This document shows positions 19,274 through 29,005 of a DNA stretch of 64,000 nucleotides, in pieces. The first letter of the stretch is position 1. The number at the start of each line of letters is the position of its first letter. The notes below the pieces were generated by a model, which did not search any database, was not told the DNA's origin, and saw nothing but the letters and a program-made list of their open reading frames with translations. Origin of the DNA: a virus (lineage: Duplodnaviria; Heunggongvirae; Uroviricota; Caudoviricetes); IMG/VR virus record IMGVR_UViG_2541047117_000001, positions 24,841-88,840 of that record; one strand, 5' to 3'. Position numbers and translations under genes: made by a program.

Positions 19274-19996
19274 TTAGACCTCCTGTAATACATCTTTGTT
19301 TCGTGCCTCTTTAATCCACTGTGGGAACTCATTTAACACTCTATCCATGAACTCTTCATCACTAATTTGACGTAAGTCATTAACGTGGAAGAAGTTTGCA
19401 TTGTCTAGGAATCTTCCTGACATATCATCAAGCTTTTGTAAGAAGTCGAATCTCGCTCTTCCAACTCCGATAAATTGCCAAAAGATTGCTTGATTTGATG
19501 ATTCACGGATAATCTTTTCAGTTTCCTCTTTGTCAAAGTTATCACCATCTGTTACAAAGAATACTAAGGTAGGTACAGTTGGTTTTTCAGCAGTTTTACT
19601 TCCCATTAGTCGTGAAAGGAATCCTTGTTTCTGTACAGGTTGACCATACTTCTTCACGATTCTATCCATGACTCCTGCATAGTATGTATAGCTTTCGAGC
19701 GATACCTGTCGTAGCAGAACGTTGTTAATGAATCCTTGATGATTCCCTTCTGTTACAGAGCCAATCTCATGTGAATGCTTACCAAACGCAAATACATCAA
19801 TACTCTTATCAACGTCTAGATTCATACCGATACTTAGCAATCTATCGTTTAGCTCTTGCATTGTACCGTTCGTGTAGAGTGTGTCCATAGAAATAGAGAT
19901 GTCATCGACTACTGCAACCTGAGCCTTTTCACCGAAGATTTCCTTCTTCTCTAAAACTATCTGTGCTTTCTTGCTTAAATCAATTAAGTTGACCAT
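19274..19996 (-). CDS. von Willebrand factor A (vWA) domain protein with intact MIDAS (TerY/TerF-like)
   Basis: DDISISM (DxSxS), then T and D (VTDGDN) MIDAS residues. Confidence 0.6.
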   Translation of the reverse strand: MVNLIDLSKKAQIVLEKKEIFGEKAQVAVVDDISISMDTLYTNGTMQELNDRLLSIGMNLDVDKSIDVFAFGKHSHEIGSVTEGNHQGFINNVLLRQVSLESYTYYAGVMDRIVKKYGQPVQKQGFLSRLMGSKTAEKPTVPTLVFFVTDGDNFDKEETEKIIRESSNQAIFWQFIGVGRARFDFLQKLDDMSGRFLDNANFFHVNDLRQISDEEFMDRVLNEFPQWIKEARNKDVLQEV

Positions 19997-20043
19997 TGTT
20001 GTTTCGCCCCTTTGTTGTTTGTTTTGTTTGAGATGAGTTTCAC

Positions 20044-20229
20044 TTACTCATACCTACTGCCAAATTTTAAACCTTTGATTCTATCTTCTCTTTTAAGAAT
20101 CTCTTTTTTGTTGAGGTATATGATAATCTCATTTACCTTCTTGACCACTTCTTCATGGTTCGGCAACCTTGTTACTTGTGTACCGTCTGCATTATTCTCG
20201 ATAATTACTCGCCTCAAGGGTTCAATCAT
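20044..20229 (-). CDS. hypothetical protein
   Basis: 61-aa ORF. Confidence 0.35.
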   Translation of the reverse strand: MIEPLRRVIIENNADGTQVTRLPNHEEVVKKVNEIIIYLNKKEILKREDRIKGLKFGSRYE

Positions 20230-20263
20230 TTCTCACCCTCCTTGGATAAAATCGTACTTTTCT

Positions 20264-20452
20264 TCAATTATTCTTTGAAAAGCTATCTATGATTTCGACT
20301 GTCACCTTAACAGTTTTTCCTGTGAATCCGTTGAAATAGTTCTCAACCTCTAAGCCATTCAAAAATAATTTCTGTTCAAATCCATTACTGTGAGACCACG
20401 TTTGTTTTTCTCGAAGATTTCCTACAATCTCCAAGCGCTCTCTAGATTTCAT
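20264..20452 (-). CDS. hypothetical protein
   Basis: 62-aa ORF. Confidence 0.4.
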   Translation of the reverse strand: MKSRERLEIVGNLREKQTWSHSNGFEQKLFLNGLEVENYFNGFTGKTVKVTVEIIDSFSKNN

Positions 20453-20458
20453 AGTAAA

Positions 20459-20710
20459 TTACCCTCCTATTTTCATTACCTGAAATTCATTTGTGGATAA
20501 AGTGACATTAACACTAATTTTCTCTTCATCACCTTTGCCACAGTGAGTATAGCTAGCACCTTCACGAGCATGAACACCATTCTCTTCACAGAATCTAGCA
20601 ATCGTTTTACTAATCTCGGCACATAGCTCACTTTGCATCTTAGAAAGAGATTTCTCGCCTCTCTTACTTGCTCTATGAGTTCTGATATGACCTGCTCCAA
20701 AACAACACAT
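20459..20710 (-). CDS. hypothetical protein
   Basis: 83 aa; preferred over the overlapping 20476..20751 frame on RBS quality, but the frame choice is uncertain. Confidence 0.3.
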   Translation of the reverse strand: MCCFGAGHIRTHRASKRGEKSLSKMQSELCAEISKTIARFCEENGVHAREGASYTHCGKGDEEKISVNVTLSTNEFQVMKIGG

Positions 20711-20723
20711 CGTTTACACCGTC

Positions 20724-20918
20724 CTAGATAAAGATTTTTGAAATTAACCATAAGAATCCTGTCATGGCTAATGCGTAAATAACACCTACAAATCCATACT
20801 TACCAATGAGTATCCCTACTATAAAAATGAAGAAACAGATAAATATGATTGCTCCGAATATTAACCTTTGTAATTGCTCCATCTTAATACAACACCCAAT
20901 ATTCCTTGATACATCCAA
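20724..20918 (-). CDS. small membrane protein
   Basis: 64 aa, two TM helices. Confidence 0.4.
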   Translation of the reverse strand: MDVSRNIGCCIKMEQLQRLIFGAIIFICFFIFIVGILIGKYGFVGVIYALAMTGFLWLISKIFI

Positions 20919-21081
20919 TCATGATGATGGCATAGATAATTGCGAACACCATCACCACTATGAAGTCAATAAATTTTGATTTCTTAACCATCAACGCTAT
21001 GTCAACAAATCCGAAGGTGAACATGAAGCCCATAATGATTGCTCCGCACACTAAGATATTCATTACAAGTAACGCATCCAA
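20884..21081 (-). CDS. small membrane protein
   Basis: 65 aa, two TM helices. Confidence 0.4.
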   Translation of the reverse strand: MDALLVMNILVCGAIIMGFMFTFGFVDIALMVKKSKFIDFIVVMVFAIIYAIIMIGCIKEYWVLY

Positions 21082-21443
21082 CCATGTTTGATAATTTTGT
21101 CTTGCAACGCATCAATCTCTGTCTCTAAGCGCTTCATATCAATCTTGGTATTCATTAAGTCCTTCATGCTTTCTTGCATAATCCAAATGTCTTTCACATC
21201 ACAGTTCTTCGTATAATCATTGATATAAACATCGAGTGCCATGTTGCTTTTTGCATCTCTTAGTCCGTTATAATCAAACATTTTCTTTACCATAAACATT
21301 TGTATGCCTTTGAATTTCTCTACAAGTGAAGCTCGTTCTTTCTTCTTTGCGTTAAATAGCTCAATCGTTTTCTTGAACTCTTCAACTTCCTGCTCACCTT
21401 TATATGTAATTTCAATAGGAATCCACTTAATCGTTTCAGTCAT
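21063..21443 (-). CDS. hypothetical protein
   Basis: 126-aa ORF. Confidence 0.45.
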   Translation of the reverse strand: MTETIKWIPIEITYKGEQEVEEFKKTIELFNAKKKERASLVEKFKGIQMFMVKKMFDYNGLRDAKSNMALDVYINDYTKNCDVKDIWIMQESMKDLMNTKIDMKRLETEIDALQDKIIKHGWMRYL

Positions 21444-21456
21444 TGTTGTTTCTCCT

Positions 21457-21867
21457 TTAAAACATGCTTAATTGTTCTTCTACTGGTTCTTTCACAGGTT
21501 CATCTAACACTTCCATGTCGTCGGTGCGGAACGCTACTAGCATAGTTACGATTGTTGGTTCTTTATGACGTTTTTTCAATACGGTATATGAAATTTTACA
21601 GCCATAAAATTCTCCCTTACTCGCAATCTTACTAATCTCCACAACCTCAGTTTGTGTTTTATCCATCTTGGCATGTGATGGTCTTGCTGTACCTGTTCTT
21701 GTATCTATAAACGAAGCTTCAAACTTGTAGAACTCATCCACCTCTTTGAATTTCTTGCTATCCAACATTTCAATCATTTTGTTTTCTGCAACTGTTAGCA
21801 GATTATCTTCTACTACTTTCAAAGTTGGTTTCTTTTCCACCTGTTTGTTAACTTGCTTCTTCGCCAT
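21457..21867 (-). CDS. hypothetical protein
   Basis: 136-aa ORF. Confidence 0.45.
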   Translation of the reverse strand: MAKKQVNKQVEKKPTLKVVEDNLLTVAENKMIEMLDSKKFKEVDEFYKFEASFIDTRTGTARPSHAKMDKTQTEVVEISKIASKGEFYGCKISYTVLKKRHKEPTIVTMLVAFRTDDMEVLDEPVKEPVEEQLSMF

Positions 21868-22324
21868 ATTTCTTTTCTCTCGCTTTCTTTACTGCTGATT
21901 TCGCCAATTGGTCACAGCGTTCGTTCAGAGGAATACCTATATGTCCTTTGACCTTCACGAACTCTACATCTCTCTGCTTCTCAACCAATTCAATCATTCG
22001 TTCCCATATCTCCTTGTTCTCGACAGCCTTCTTTTTGCTGTTCTTCCAACCGTTCTTACGCCAGTTCACATACCACTTTTGTAGGAAGCAGTTCACAACA
22101 TAAGCGCTGTCGCTATGGATTTTTATAGGAATGTTTGTTGTTGCGATATTTTCTAGAGCTACTACGACAGCCATCATTTCCATCGTGTTATTGGTTTGTC
22201 CTCCACCAAATGCTTTAGAAATTTCTCTATTATGGCTCTTGTAATTCATGACAATGCCAACGCCACCAAACTCGTTGTTCTTGTTGTCACATGAGCCGTC
22301 AGTCCATACGTCAATGTAATCCAC
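21848..22324 (-). CDS. rnhA: ribonuclease HI
   Basis: 158 aa; VWTDGSC ... TNNTMEMMA ... HSDSAYV catalytic DEDD pattern. Confidence 0.8.
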   Translation of the reverse strand: MDYIDVWTDGSCDNKNNEFGGVGIVMNYKSHNREISKAFGGGQTNNTMEMMAVVVALENIATTNIPIKIHSDSAYVVNCFLQKWYVNWRKNGWKNSKKKAVENKEIWERMIELVEKQRDVEFVKVKGHIGIPLNERCDQLAKSAVKKAREKKYGEEAS

Positions 22325-22679
22325 TCGTTGTAACCTTGTGCGTACCTGCCTTATATCTGAGATTCAATCCCAACCCATCGAGTAAAGATGCTAGTGACTC
22401 AGCAGAGACATTATCACCAAACCGATTCTTAACTTCCTCAAGTAGCAAGTCTCGTGCAGGTTTACGTGATTCTCTTTCTGTTTCGGGTTCAGATACTAAT
22501 ATGTATCGGTAAACATTTGAACCTTCTGATATGGTATTGACTTCGTAGCCTTTTTCATATAATCGACCAAGATAACCGCCATAACGTAAAGCGATATCTG
22601 ATAGTTGAACATTTGTTAAACCTTTTGTACCTGCAACACGTAATGCATCTAATATTCTTTCTGATTGAGATAAAGACAT
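22311..22679 (-). CDS. winged-helix DNA-binding protein
   Basis: 122 aa; wHTH-like N-terminal region; two motif copies upstream. Confidence 0.45.
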   Translation of the reverse strand: MSLSQSERILDALRVAGTKGLTNVQLSDIALRYGGYLGRLYEKGYEVNTISEGSNVYRYILVSEPETERESRKPARDLLLEEVKNRFGDNVSAESLASLLDGLGLNLRYKAGTHKVTTSGLH

Positions 22680-22692
22680 TCACAGCATCCCT

Positions 22693-22714
22693 TTCGTTAT
22701 TTTTTATACCTGTT
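22693..22714 (-). promoter_or_regulatory. conserved repeated element, copy 10 (degenerate)
   Basis: AACAGGTATAAAAAATAACGAA. Confidence 0.35.
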
Positions 22715-22776
22715 GAGTTTTAAATGACTCTTTGGTTAAGAGTACTATTTCTAAAACGACAATCAGCGTATCTATA

Positions 22777-22798
22777 TTCATTATTTTTAACACTTATA
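22777..22798 (-). promoter_or_regulatory. conserved repeated element, copy 11 (variant)
   Basis: TATAAGTGTTAAAAATAATGAA. Confidence 0.5.
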
Positions 22799-22799
22799 A

Positions 22800-23363
22800 T
22801 TAATTTTCATCGAGAGCATCTGCACTCTCTAACAATTCCCAAACAACTTGTTTTACTATTCCATCATGCAATAACCATTCAGTGTGACAGTCAAGGCAAT
22901 AGGAATTATAGATATTGTTATCTTCCACAATATCTTCTTCTATGTACGTGTTGTTTAGTTGATTTACATTTGAACCTTTACATGTCGGGCATGCATTCCA
23001 ACTGTCCCAATTAATCGGTTTGAATGCATCATCTTCATTCTCTTCGACTTTCTTGGACTCAGTAGTTCCAAATTCCCGATTAATCTTGGTCATCGTTGAG
23101 TTCGACATATCAAACAACTTTGCGATTGCCGATAAAGTTTCATTCGTGTTGTTAAAACGCTCCATCAAGAACATCTTGAAGTCATCACTCAACTTCTTCC
23201 CGATAACCCTACTAGAACTTTTGTAACGTAACAATTCTGCTTTAATCTCCGATTCGGTAATACCGAACTCGTCTGATATATCTCTCAAGCTCCAACCATA
23301 CTTGTAAAGCTTTAAGAGCTTTTGATTCAACCATTTCACTCCTTCCCTCAACCTTGTATACAC
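22800..23363 (-). CDS. DNA-binding protein with two HTH-like segments and a C-terminal zinc finger
   Basis: 187 aa; WSLRDISDEFGITESEIK and LSAIAKLFDMSNSTMTKI; CPTC...CLDCH. Confidence 0.5.
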   Translation of the reverse strand: MYTRLREGVKWLNQKLLKLYKYGWSLRDISDEFGITESEIKAELLRYKSSSRVIGKKLSDDFKMFLMERFNNTNETLSAIAKLFDMSNSTMTKINREFGTTESKKVEENEDDAFKPINWDSWNACPTCKGSNVNQLNNTYIEEDIVEDNNIYNSYCLDCHTEWLLHDGIVKQVVWELLESADALDEN

Positions 23364-23397
23364 ATTGTAACATCTAATTTATGCACTTGCAATACCT

Positions 23398-23421
23398 TTT
23401 TTATTATTTTTTACATCTGTA
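23398..23421 (-). promoter_or_regulatory. conserved repeated element, copy 12 (variant)
   Basis: TACAGATGTAAAAAATAATAAAA. Confidence 0.5.
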
Positions 23422-23435
23422 TTTAAACAAATAAA

Positions 23436-23460
23436 AAGAGAGAGGATTTCTCCCTCTCTC
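23436..23460 (-). terminator. rho-independent terminator after nupC
   Basis: GGAGAGAGGGA / TCCTCTCTC hairpin then TTTTTATTT. Confidence 0.55.
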
Positions 23461-23464
23461 CATG

Positions 23465-24655
23465 TTACAGCAACCAAATACCAACGATAGTTGCACTGAT
23501 TAAATTTGCTAAAAGTCCTGCTACAATTGCACGAAGTCCGTACTTAGCAACAATACCTCGTTTCTCAGGAGCGAGAACACCAAGACTTCCCAATAAAATA
23601 CCAATAGATGAGAAGTTTGCGAAGCCACCGATACCAATAGTCAGCATAGCAATTGTACGAGTATCCATTTGTGCCATCTCTTTTGCCATTGCAGAATAAG
23701 CAATAAACTCATTCGTTGCGAACTTCTGACCTAATAATTGACTTGCTGTCATTACTTGGTCATGGCTTACATTCATTAGGAATGCGAGTGGATAGAATAA
23801 GTATCCAAGCAACTGTTCAAGTGATACACCAAAGTTTCCTAAGATACCATTTACTAATGCAATTAATGCTACGAAAGCAATTAACATTGTAGCTGTAGCA
23901 CAAGCGATTTGCATACCACTCATTGCACCATTTGAAATTGCTTCGAAAATATTAGCCGAACCTTGCTTACGGTCAAGTTCAATCTTGCCGTTCGTTTGGC
24001 TCTCTTCTGTTTCGGGAACAATTAGTTTTGCTACCAATAAACTAGAACCTGTAACCATGAAACACGCCACAAGTAACCATTCTAACGGGATACCCATTAA
24101 GTTGTATCCGATTAAGATTGAACCTGCCATAGAACCTGTTCCTGCAACCATTACCGCAAACAGCTCTGCTTTCGTCAGATGTTTTAGATATGGTTTAATG
24201 AATGTCGGAACTTCGTTTTGTGATGCAAAGATATTCATAACTGCACTAAATGTTTCTACTCGTGTAGTACCAAGTAGTTTAGATAATGCACCACCCACAT
24301 ATTTAACAAAGAACTGAATGACATTCAGATAGAATAACACAGCGAATAACGCTCCAAAGAATACGATTACCATCAATACATTGATTGCAAATACAAATGT
24401 TGTATGCTCATTAAAGAATCCGCCAAATACGAACATGATTCCATCTGTTGCATAGCTTGAGATTTTTGTATAACCATCCGATAACCATTTCATTGCTTGT
24501 TGACCTGCGCTTGTTACTAATAAGTAAGCTAATAGGAATTGCATAGCTAAAGCCGTTCCAATCGTTCGCCACTTAATTTTCTTCTTATTTTCAGATAGCA
24601 AGAATGCTAATCCCATTAGACCAATAAGACCTAATACTGATATTAAAATCTGCAC
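23465..24655 (-). CDS. nupC: concentrative nucleoside transporter (NupC/CNT family)
   Basis: 396 aa polytopic membrane protein; N-terminus MQILISVLGLIGLMGLAFLLSENKKKIKWRT matches the NupC pattern. Confidence 0.7.
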   Translation of the reverse strand: MQILISVLGLIGLMGLAFLLSENKKKIKWRTIGTALAMQFLLAYLLVTSAGQQAMKWLSDGYTKISSYATDGIMFVFGGFFNEHTTFVFAINVLMVIVFFGALFAVLFYLNVIQFFVKYVGGALSKLLGTTRVETFSAVMNIFASQNEVPTFIKPYLKHLTKAELFAVMVAGTGSMAGSILIGYNLMGIPLEWLLVACFMVTGSSLLVAKLIVPETEESQTNGKIELDRKQGSANIFEAISNGAMSGMQIACATATMLIAFVALIALVNGILGNFGVSLEQLLGYLFYPLAFLMNVSHDQVMTASQLLGQKFATNEFIAYSAMAKEMAQMDTRTIAMLTIGIGGFANFSSIGILLGSLGVLAPEKRGIVAKYGLRAIVAGLLANLISATIVGIWLL

Positions 24656-24668
24656 TTCTAATTTCCTC

Positions 24669-25340
24669 CTAGATACCTAATTCCTCTAATTTCTCTTTTA
24701 CAAGCTTAACTACATACTCTTTGTCCGATTCGTTATGAACATAGTCTAGATTGTCCACTTCAATGATTAAGACTTCGCTAGCTTTATAGTGTTTCATTAC
24801 CCACTCGTCGTACTTTTCCCATAGGAATCTGTAGTACTCGACTAGTTTTTCATCTAATTCAAACTCACGTCCACGTTGCTTGATTCGCTTTATTACCGTT
24901 TCAAAACTTCCTTTTAGATAAACCATAAGGTCAGGAGATTTCTTCGGTAATTCCTCAAGTTCCTCCATCATGTTTTCAAAGAGTCCCATGTAGATTGTTT
25001 CCTCTAAATCAGTAATTCGGTTTTCTCCAATTAATCGTCCGTATTGCTGATTACGCTTCATGAAATAGATATCTTCATAGATACTGCGGTCTAATACGTT
25101 GTGAGAGTGTATCAAGGCTCTCTTAATAGAATCAAATCTCGTATTTAAGAACCACAGTTGCAGTAGGAATGTTAAGCGCTCTGCTTCTGCTTCCTCTTTA
25201 CTTGCTGTATAGAATCGCTCCAATACAGGGTTGTTGTCTACTGATTCGTAGAACACTTCACTTTCTAATGTTTCGCCTAATAATTTAGCCATGCTAGATT
25301 TCCCTAAAGAAATCATTCCGCCTACACAGATAATAGCCAT
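24669..25340 (-). CDS. deoxynucleoside kinase (dCK/dGK family)
   Basis: 223 aa with the family's N-terminal nucleotide-binding segment. Confidence 0.65.
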   Translation of the reverse strand: MAIICVGGMISLGKSSMAKLLGETLESEVFYESVDNNPVLERFYTASKEEAEAERLTFLLQLWFLNTRFDSIKRALIHSHNVLDRSIYEDIYFMKRNQQYGRLIGENRITDLEETIYMGLFENMMEELEELPKKSPDLMVYLKGSFETVIKRIKQRGREFELDEKLVEYYRFLWEKYDEWVMKHYKASEVLIIEVDNLDYVHNESDKEYVVKLVKEKLEELGI

Positions 25341-25408
25341 CGCCCACTTCCTTAATGTTAGTTATTTATTAGCCATGGAGCATAAAGCCCCACAGCAATT
25401 AACAGTAA

Positions 25409-25864
25409 TTAGCGAACTCCGCCATGCCAGTAGTTAGTCGGTAGGTTCTTCCAGTCATAATCTAGAGCTTCTTGACGACCTTTTAGGAATGCGTGACAAG
25501 AATCAGTAAGCATTAAGTTGATGCCATCATGTTTCTCTGTGAATACAATCACAAATTTACCTGCTACGATACCTGCTCCAACTTCAAAGATTGTTCCTTG
25601 GTCAGAACCTTCACCTTCGCCATCGTAAATAGCTACTACCATGTCAGCTTCCATTAAGTGCTTCATGTCATTTAAGTACACTACTTCACGCCATTCTTTA
25701 GAGAAAAGCTCGTACTGGTCAAATTGATGTTCTCGTGGAGAGAATACATCAAATCCTTGCTCACGCAATACTTTCTCCATGAATGCTACTCTTTCAATTT
25801 CTTCCTCACAGAAGAAAGGTGATGCTAAATAAATTTTCTTTGCGCCTGTATTTTCGTATGCCAT
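25409..25864 (-). CDS. nucleoside 2-deoxyribosyltransferase-like protein
   Basis: 151 aa; KIYLASPFF and TIFEVGAG motifs. Confidence 0.55.
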   Translation of the reverse strand: MAYENTGAKKIYLASPFFCEEEIERVAFMEKVLREQGFDVFSPREHQFDQYELFSKEWREVVYLNDMKHLMEADMVVAIYDGEGEGSDQGTIFEVGAGIVAGKFVIVFTEKHDGINLMLTDSCHAFLKGRQEALDYDWKNLPTNYWHGGVR

Positions 25865-25884
25865 ATATAATTGCTCCTCTAGTT

Positions 25885-26607
25885 TTATTTACCGCTTGAA
25901 CCTAACTTGCCTTCACCACGCTCAGACGGAATCGCTTTTAATTCTTCAAATGAAATTTCCTTCACTCGTACTGGTGGCACATACTCAATTGTTGCTTGAG
26001 CAATTGCCTTATTGTATGGGTAAAGAATCATATTCTCATGCTCTTCAACTTCTGTTACAGCGGATGTAAGAACGATGTCTTTATAAAGAGGTACAATGTT
26101 AATGAAGATTTCTCCACGATATCCGCTATCCACGACACCACTTAAAATGTTCATGCCTACTTTCCCAGTAGAACCACGCTCATGTTTCAGATTCATGTAG
26201 TACTTAGGAAGCATAGATGTTGCAATACCTGTTGGTACTAACGTCGGTTTACCCTTTGGAAGTAACAGCTCACGTACATGAACTTGCTCTTCTCCTTCTT
26301 GAACCACCCGTGCAGTCTCTAAGTTTGCATATAAATCAAAACCTGCATCCTCATCACGTTTAGTCGGGATAATTGCATCCTCACGAACTCGTGCAAATAA
26401 CACTGTATCTTTGTGAGAGTCTTTGCGAATTGGTAACTTACGGATGTCCCATAACTTAATAACTTTCTCTTTACCATCTTTGTATGTAACAGTAGCTTCA
26501 TAGCTAGTAAGATTTACATCTTTAACTTTCACAATCTCCTTAGTTTCCTTTAGGGTTACTAACTCGCCTGCTTTGTAATAATTTTTCTTCTTCTTTAATT
26601 TTGTCAT
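25885..26607 (-). CDS. dut: dUTP diphosphatase (trimeric dUTPase) with an N-terminal extension
   Basis: GFDLYA motif, GSTGKVGMN motif, DSGYRGEI motif. Confidence 0.8.
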   Translation of the reverse strand: MTKLKKKKNYYKAGELVTLKETKEIVKVKDVNLTSYEATVTYKDGKEKVIKLWDIRKLPIRKDSHKDTVLFARVREDAIIPTKRDEDAGFDLYANLETARVVQEGEEQVHVRELLLPKGKPTLVPTGIATSMLPKYYMNLKHERGSTGKVGMNILSGVVDSGYRGEIFINIVPLYKDIVLTSAVTEVEEHENMILYPYNKAIAQATIEYVPPVRVKEISFEELKAIPSERGEGKLGSSGK

Positions 26608-26645
26608 TGTATTTCCCTCCGCTTCCCCTCATTACGAGGGGTAAA

Positions 26646-26667
26646 TTCATTATTTTTTACACTTGTG
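26646..26667 (-). promoter_or_regulatory. conserved repeated element, copy 13
   Basis: CACAAGTGTAAAAAATAATGAA, upstream of dut. Confidence 0.6.
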
Positions 26668-26674
26668 ATGTTTT

Positions 26675-26977
26675 TTAAAACGATACGTCCCACACGTTAC
26701 CTTCTGCATCCGTGTACTCTACTTCAATACTCTCTAATGAGTGACAGCCATGCTCACAAAATGGCATGTCTAGGTAGCCATAATCAAAGCCTTCTAATTG
26801 ATAGTGACCGCTATGGTTTTCCTGCAAATCAATTAACTCACCAATAATACCGTCTTCAAATTCCTTCTTTGTGTATGTATTGATTGTTGTGATGTAATCA
26901 GCGTCATTTGAATCAGCAACAATTGTTACTTTAAACCCTTCAACAGCAGATTTCTTAACTAAACTATAATTACTCAC
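26675..26977 (-). CDS. hypothetical acidic protein
   Basis: 100-aa ORF. Confidence 0.45.
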   Translation of the reverse strand: MSNYSLVKKSAVEGFKVTIVADSNDADYITTINTYTKKEFEDGIIGELIDLQENHSGHYQLEGFDYGYLDMPFCEHGCHSLESIEVEYTDAEGNVWDVSF

Positions 26978-27349
26978 TCTATTTTCTCCTCACTAGTTTT
27001 CGTATTTTTGCAGAGCTACTAATACCTTTGCCTTAGCAATCAGAAGGATTCCGTATTGTTCGTGGTTGTAAGTGCGTTGTTGTAACTCCTCTTTGATTTC
27101 TTCAAGAGTGTTTTCAAGCTCTTTTTTGATATTCATGAAGCTCCCTCCCTTAAATAAAATTGTCATTTTAACTTAATTACAATAGGAATCCGCAATCTTC
27201 TCCAACCTTGATTCCCTCAGCAAAAGCAAAGAGAAATACTTCTCTTTCAGTCTGTGATAACTTGACCTTATGCTTTCTTTCGAACTCTGCTAAGCATTGT
27301 TCCATCCAACTTTTCAAAGGATTGCTTTCCATATTCCCATCTCCTTAAT

Positions 27350-27550
27350 TTAATTGACTCGGATGTACCAAGAACCATTGATTAGAAAATCGAATCTGAT
27401 ATAATCGGGCGGAACATCTGTCTTTTCAATGAAAAAGAACTCTTTGCCATACTTGCACATCAAATCCTCTTTACCTACACACTTCTTAACGTAATCAACG
27501 CTAATTTCACGCCAATTAAAACCAAATTCATTAATCATAATATCCTCCAA
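27350..27550 (-). CDS. hypothetical protein
   Basis: 66-aa ORF. Confidence 0.35.
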   Translation of the reverse strand: MEDIMINEFGFNWREISVDYVKKCVGKEDLMCKYGKEFFFIEKTDVPPDYIRFDFLINGSWYIRVN

Positions 27551-27705
27551 TCACTAACGTCAGGTGGCTCAAAAACAACCTTTATCATCTTTTCTTGACG
27601 TGGTAGAACAAGTACCATATCTTCACTAACAGGTACAATCTCCCAGTCAGGATTCTTCTCTATCAATTCCTTGAGTTCTTCATTTTCTTGTACATCAATC
27701 ATTGC

Positions 27706-27963
27706 TTACAATAATCCACGTTTTGTAAAGATTTCAGTCACTTTTGATTGACCTACACCTTGATAACGTTGTACTTCTGCACCAGTATCGTCTAACAGAA
27801 TTAGTACTGGTGTTTTTACAACTCCAAACTCTCCTGCCATTTCCATACCTTTTTCTTCTTTTACGTTGTATTCCTCATCTGCTGTCACACCTAAACGGCT
27901 CATAGTGTCAACAAGCATGTTACATGGTGTACATGGTGTTTGATAAAACTTCATTACTTTCAT
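27706..27963 (-). CDS. thioredoxin/NrdH-like redoxin
   Basis: 85 aa with a CTPC active site. Confidence 0.6.
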   Translation of the reverse strand: MKVMKFYQTPCTPCNMLVDTMSRLGVTADEEYNVKEEKGMEMAGEFGVVKTPVLILLDDTGAEVQRYQGVGQSKVTEIFTKRGLL

Positions 27964-27986
27964 TACTGTACTTCCTTTCGTTTTGT

Positions 27987-28961
27987 TTATTTATTTTCAG
28001 CTTCCAATTGTGGGAAGTAGAAATCATCGTCATTTAAATCTTCGTAAATGGCTTTTAAATATCCATTACCTTTAGTTGAGAAGAAATCATGATTCTTCGT
28101 ATCTGTCTTCAATCCATTCTCAACGATAGGGTTAATCTTCTTCTCTTCATAGATTGGCTCAAGACCTAAATTCATCATCGCTTTGTTAGCGTTGTAGAGT
28201 AGGAAATTCTTTACTTCATGGTCTAATCCAATTGGAGCATAGATTTCCTCAGTGTAGCGGAACTCAATTTCCATCAACTCTTCTAACAGCTCGATTACCA
28301 TATTGTGTGCATGTTGCTTCTCTTCTTCTGTTAGCTCTTCGAATACTTCCTGAGCTAGAAGACCAACATAAACTCCGTGAATACTTTCATCACGTAAAAT
28401 TAGATTGATAATCTCACCACTAGCAACCATCTTTCCTTGACCTGCAAGATACAGAGGATAGAAGAATCCACTATAGAATAAGTAACTTTCTAGGAATACA
28501 CTCGCTACCATAGCCATATACAGGCTTAGCTCATCATTGATATTCTGATACAAGCTATCAATGCGGTCTGCTTTCTGTTGCAGTCGTGGATGTGCATTTA
28601 CCCATTCGAACACTTCATCAATTTCTTGTGGACTGATAAGTGTTGTAAAAATAGTAGAATAAGATTTTGCATGTACTGCTTCCATAGTTCCCATGAATGA
28701 TAGAACTGCTTTACGCTGTAAATCGGGAATATGTTCGGAAATCTTAGGCATCCCTGCGATAGATTGCTTGGTATCTAGCAGTGTTAAACCACCTAATACT
28801 TTCTTATAAGTCTCTTGCTGTTCGGGAAATAGTAGTCTCCAAGACTTTAAATCATTGGAAATAGGAATTTCCGTATCTAGCCAAAATTGAGCAACGTTTT
28901 GTTGCCAAAACATCTGTGTAAAACTATCTTCTTCAATGTTCCAATTAACTGCTTTATGCAT
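27987..28961 (-). CDS. nrdF: ribonucleotide reductase class Ib beta subunit
   Basis: 324 aa with the ferritin-like di-metal carboxylate architecture. Confidence 0.85.
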   Translation of the reverse strand: MHKAVNWNIEEDSFTQMFWQQNVAQFWLDTEIPISNDLKSWRLLFPEQQETYKKVLGGLTLLDTKQSIAGMPKISEHIPDLQRKAVLSFMGTMEAVHAKSYSTIFTTLISPQEIDEVFEWVNAHPRLQQKADRIDSLYQNINDELSLYMAMVASVFLESYLFYSGFFYPLYLAGQGKMVASGEIINLILRDESIHGVYVGLLAQEVFEELTEEEKQHAHNMVIELLEELMEIEFRYTEEIYAPIGLDHEVKNFLLYNANKAMMNLGLEPIYEEKKINPIVENGLKTDTKNHDFFSTKGNGYLKAIYEDLNDDDFYFPQLEAENK

Positions 28962-29005
28962 AAATTCACCTCTGTTTAATATAAGTTCAGCCTAACGGAA
29001 ACCCG

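Noticed and set aside
20476-20751. Alternative 91-aa frame overlapping 20459..20710
   Set aside because: It has a weaker RBS and a K/R/L-rich low-complexity sequence. I kept the other frame at low confidence, and either could be real.
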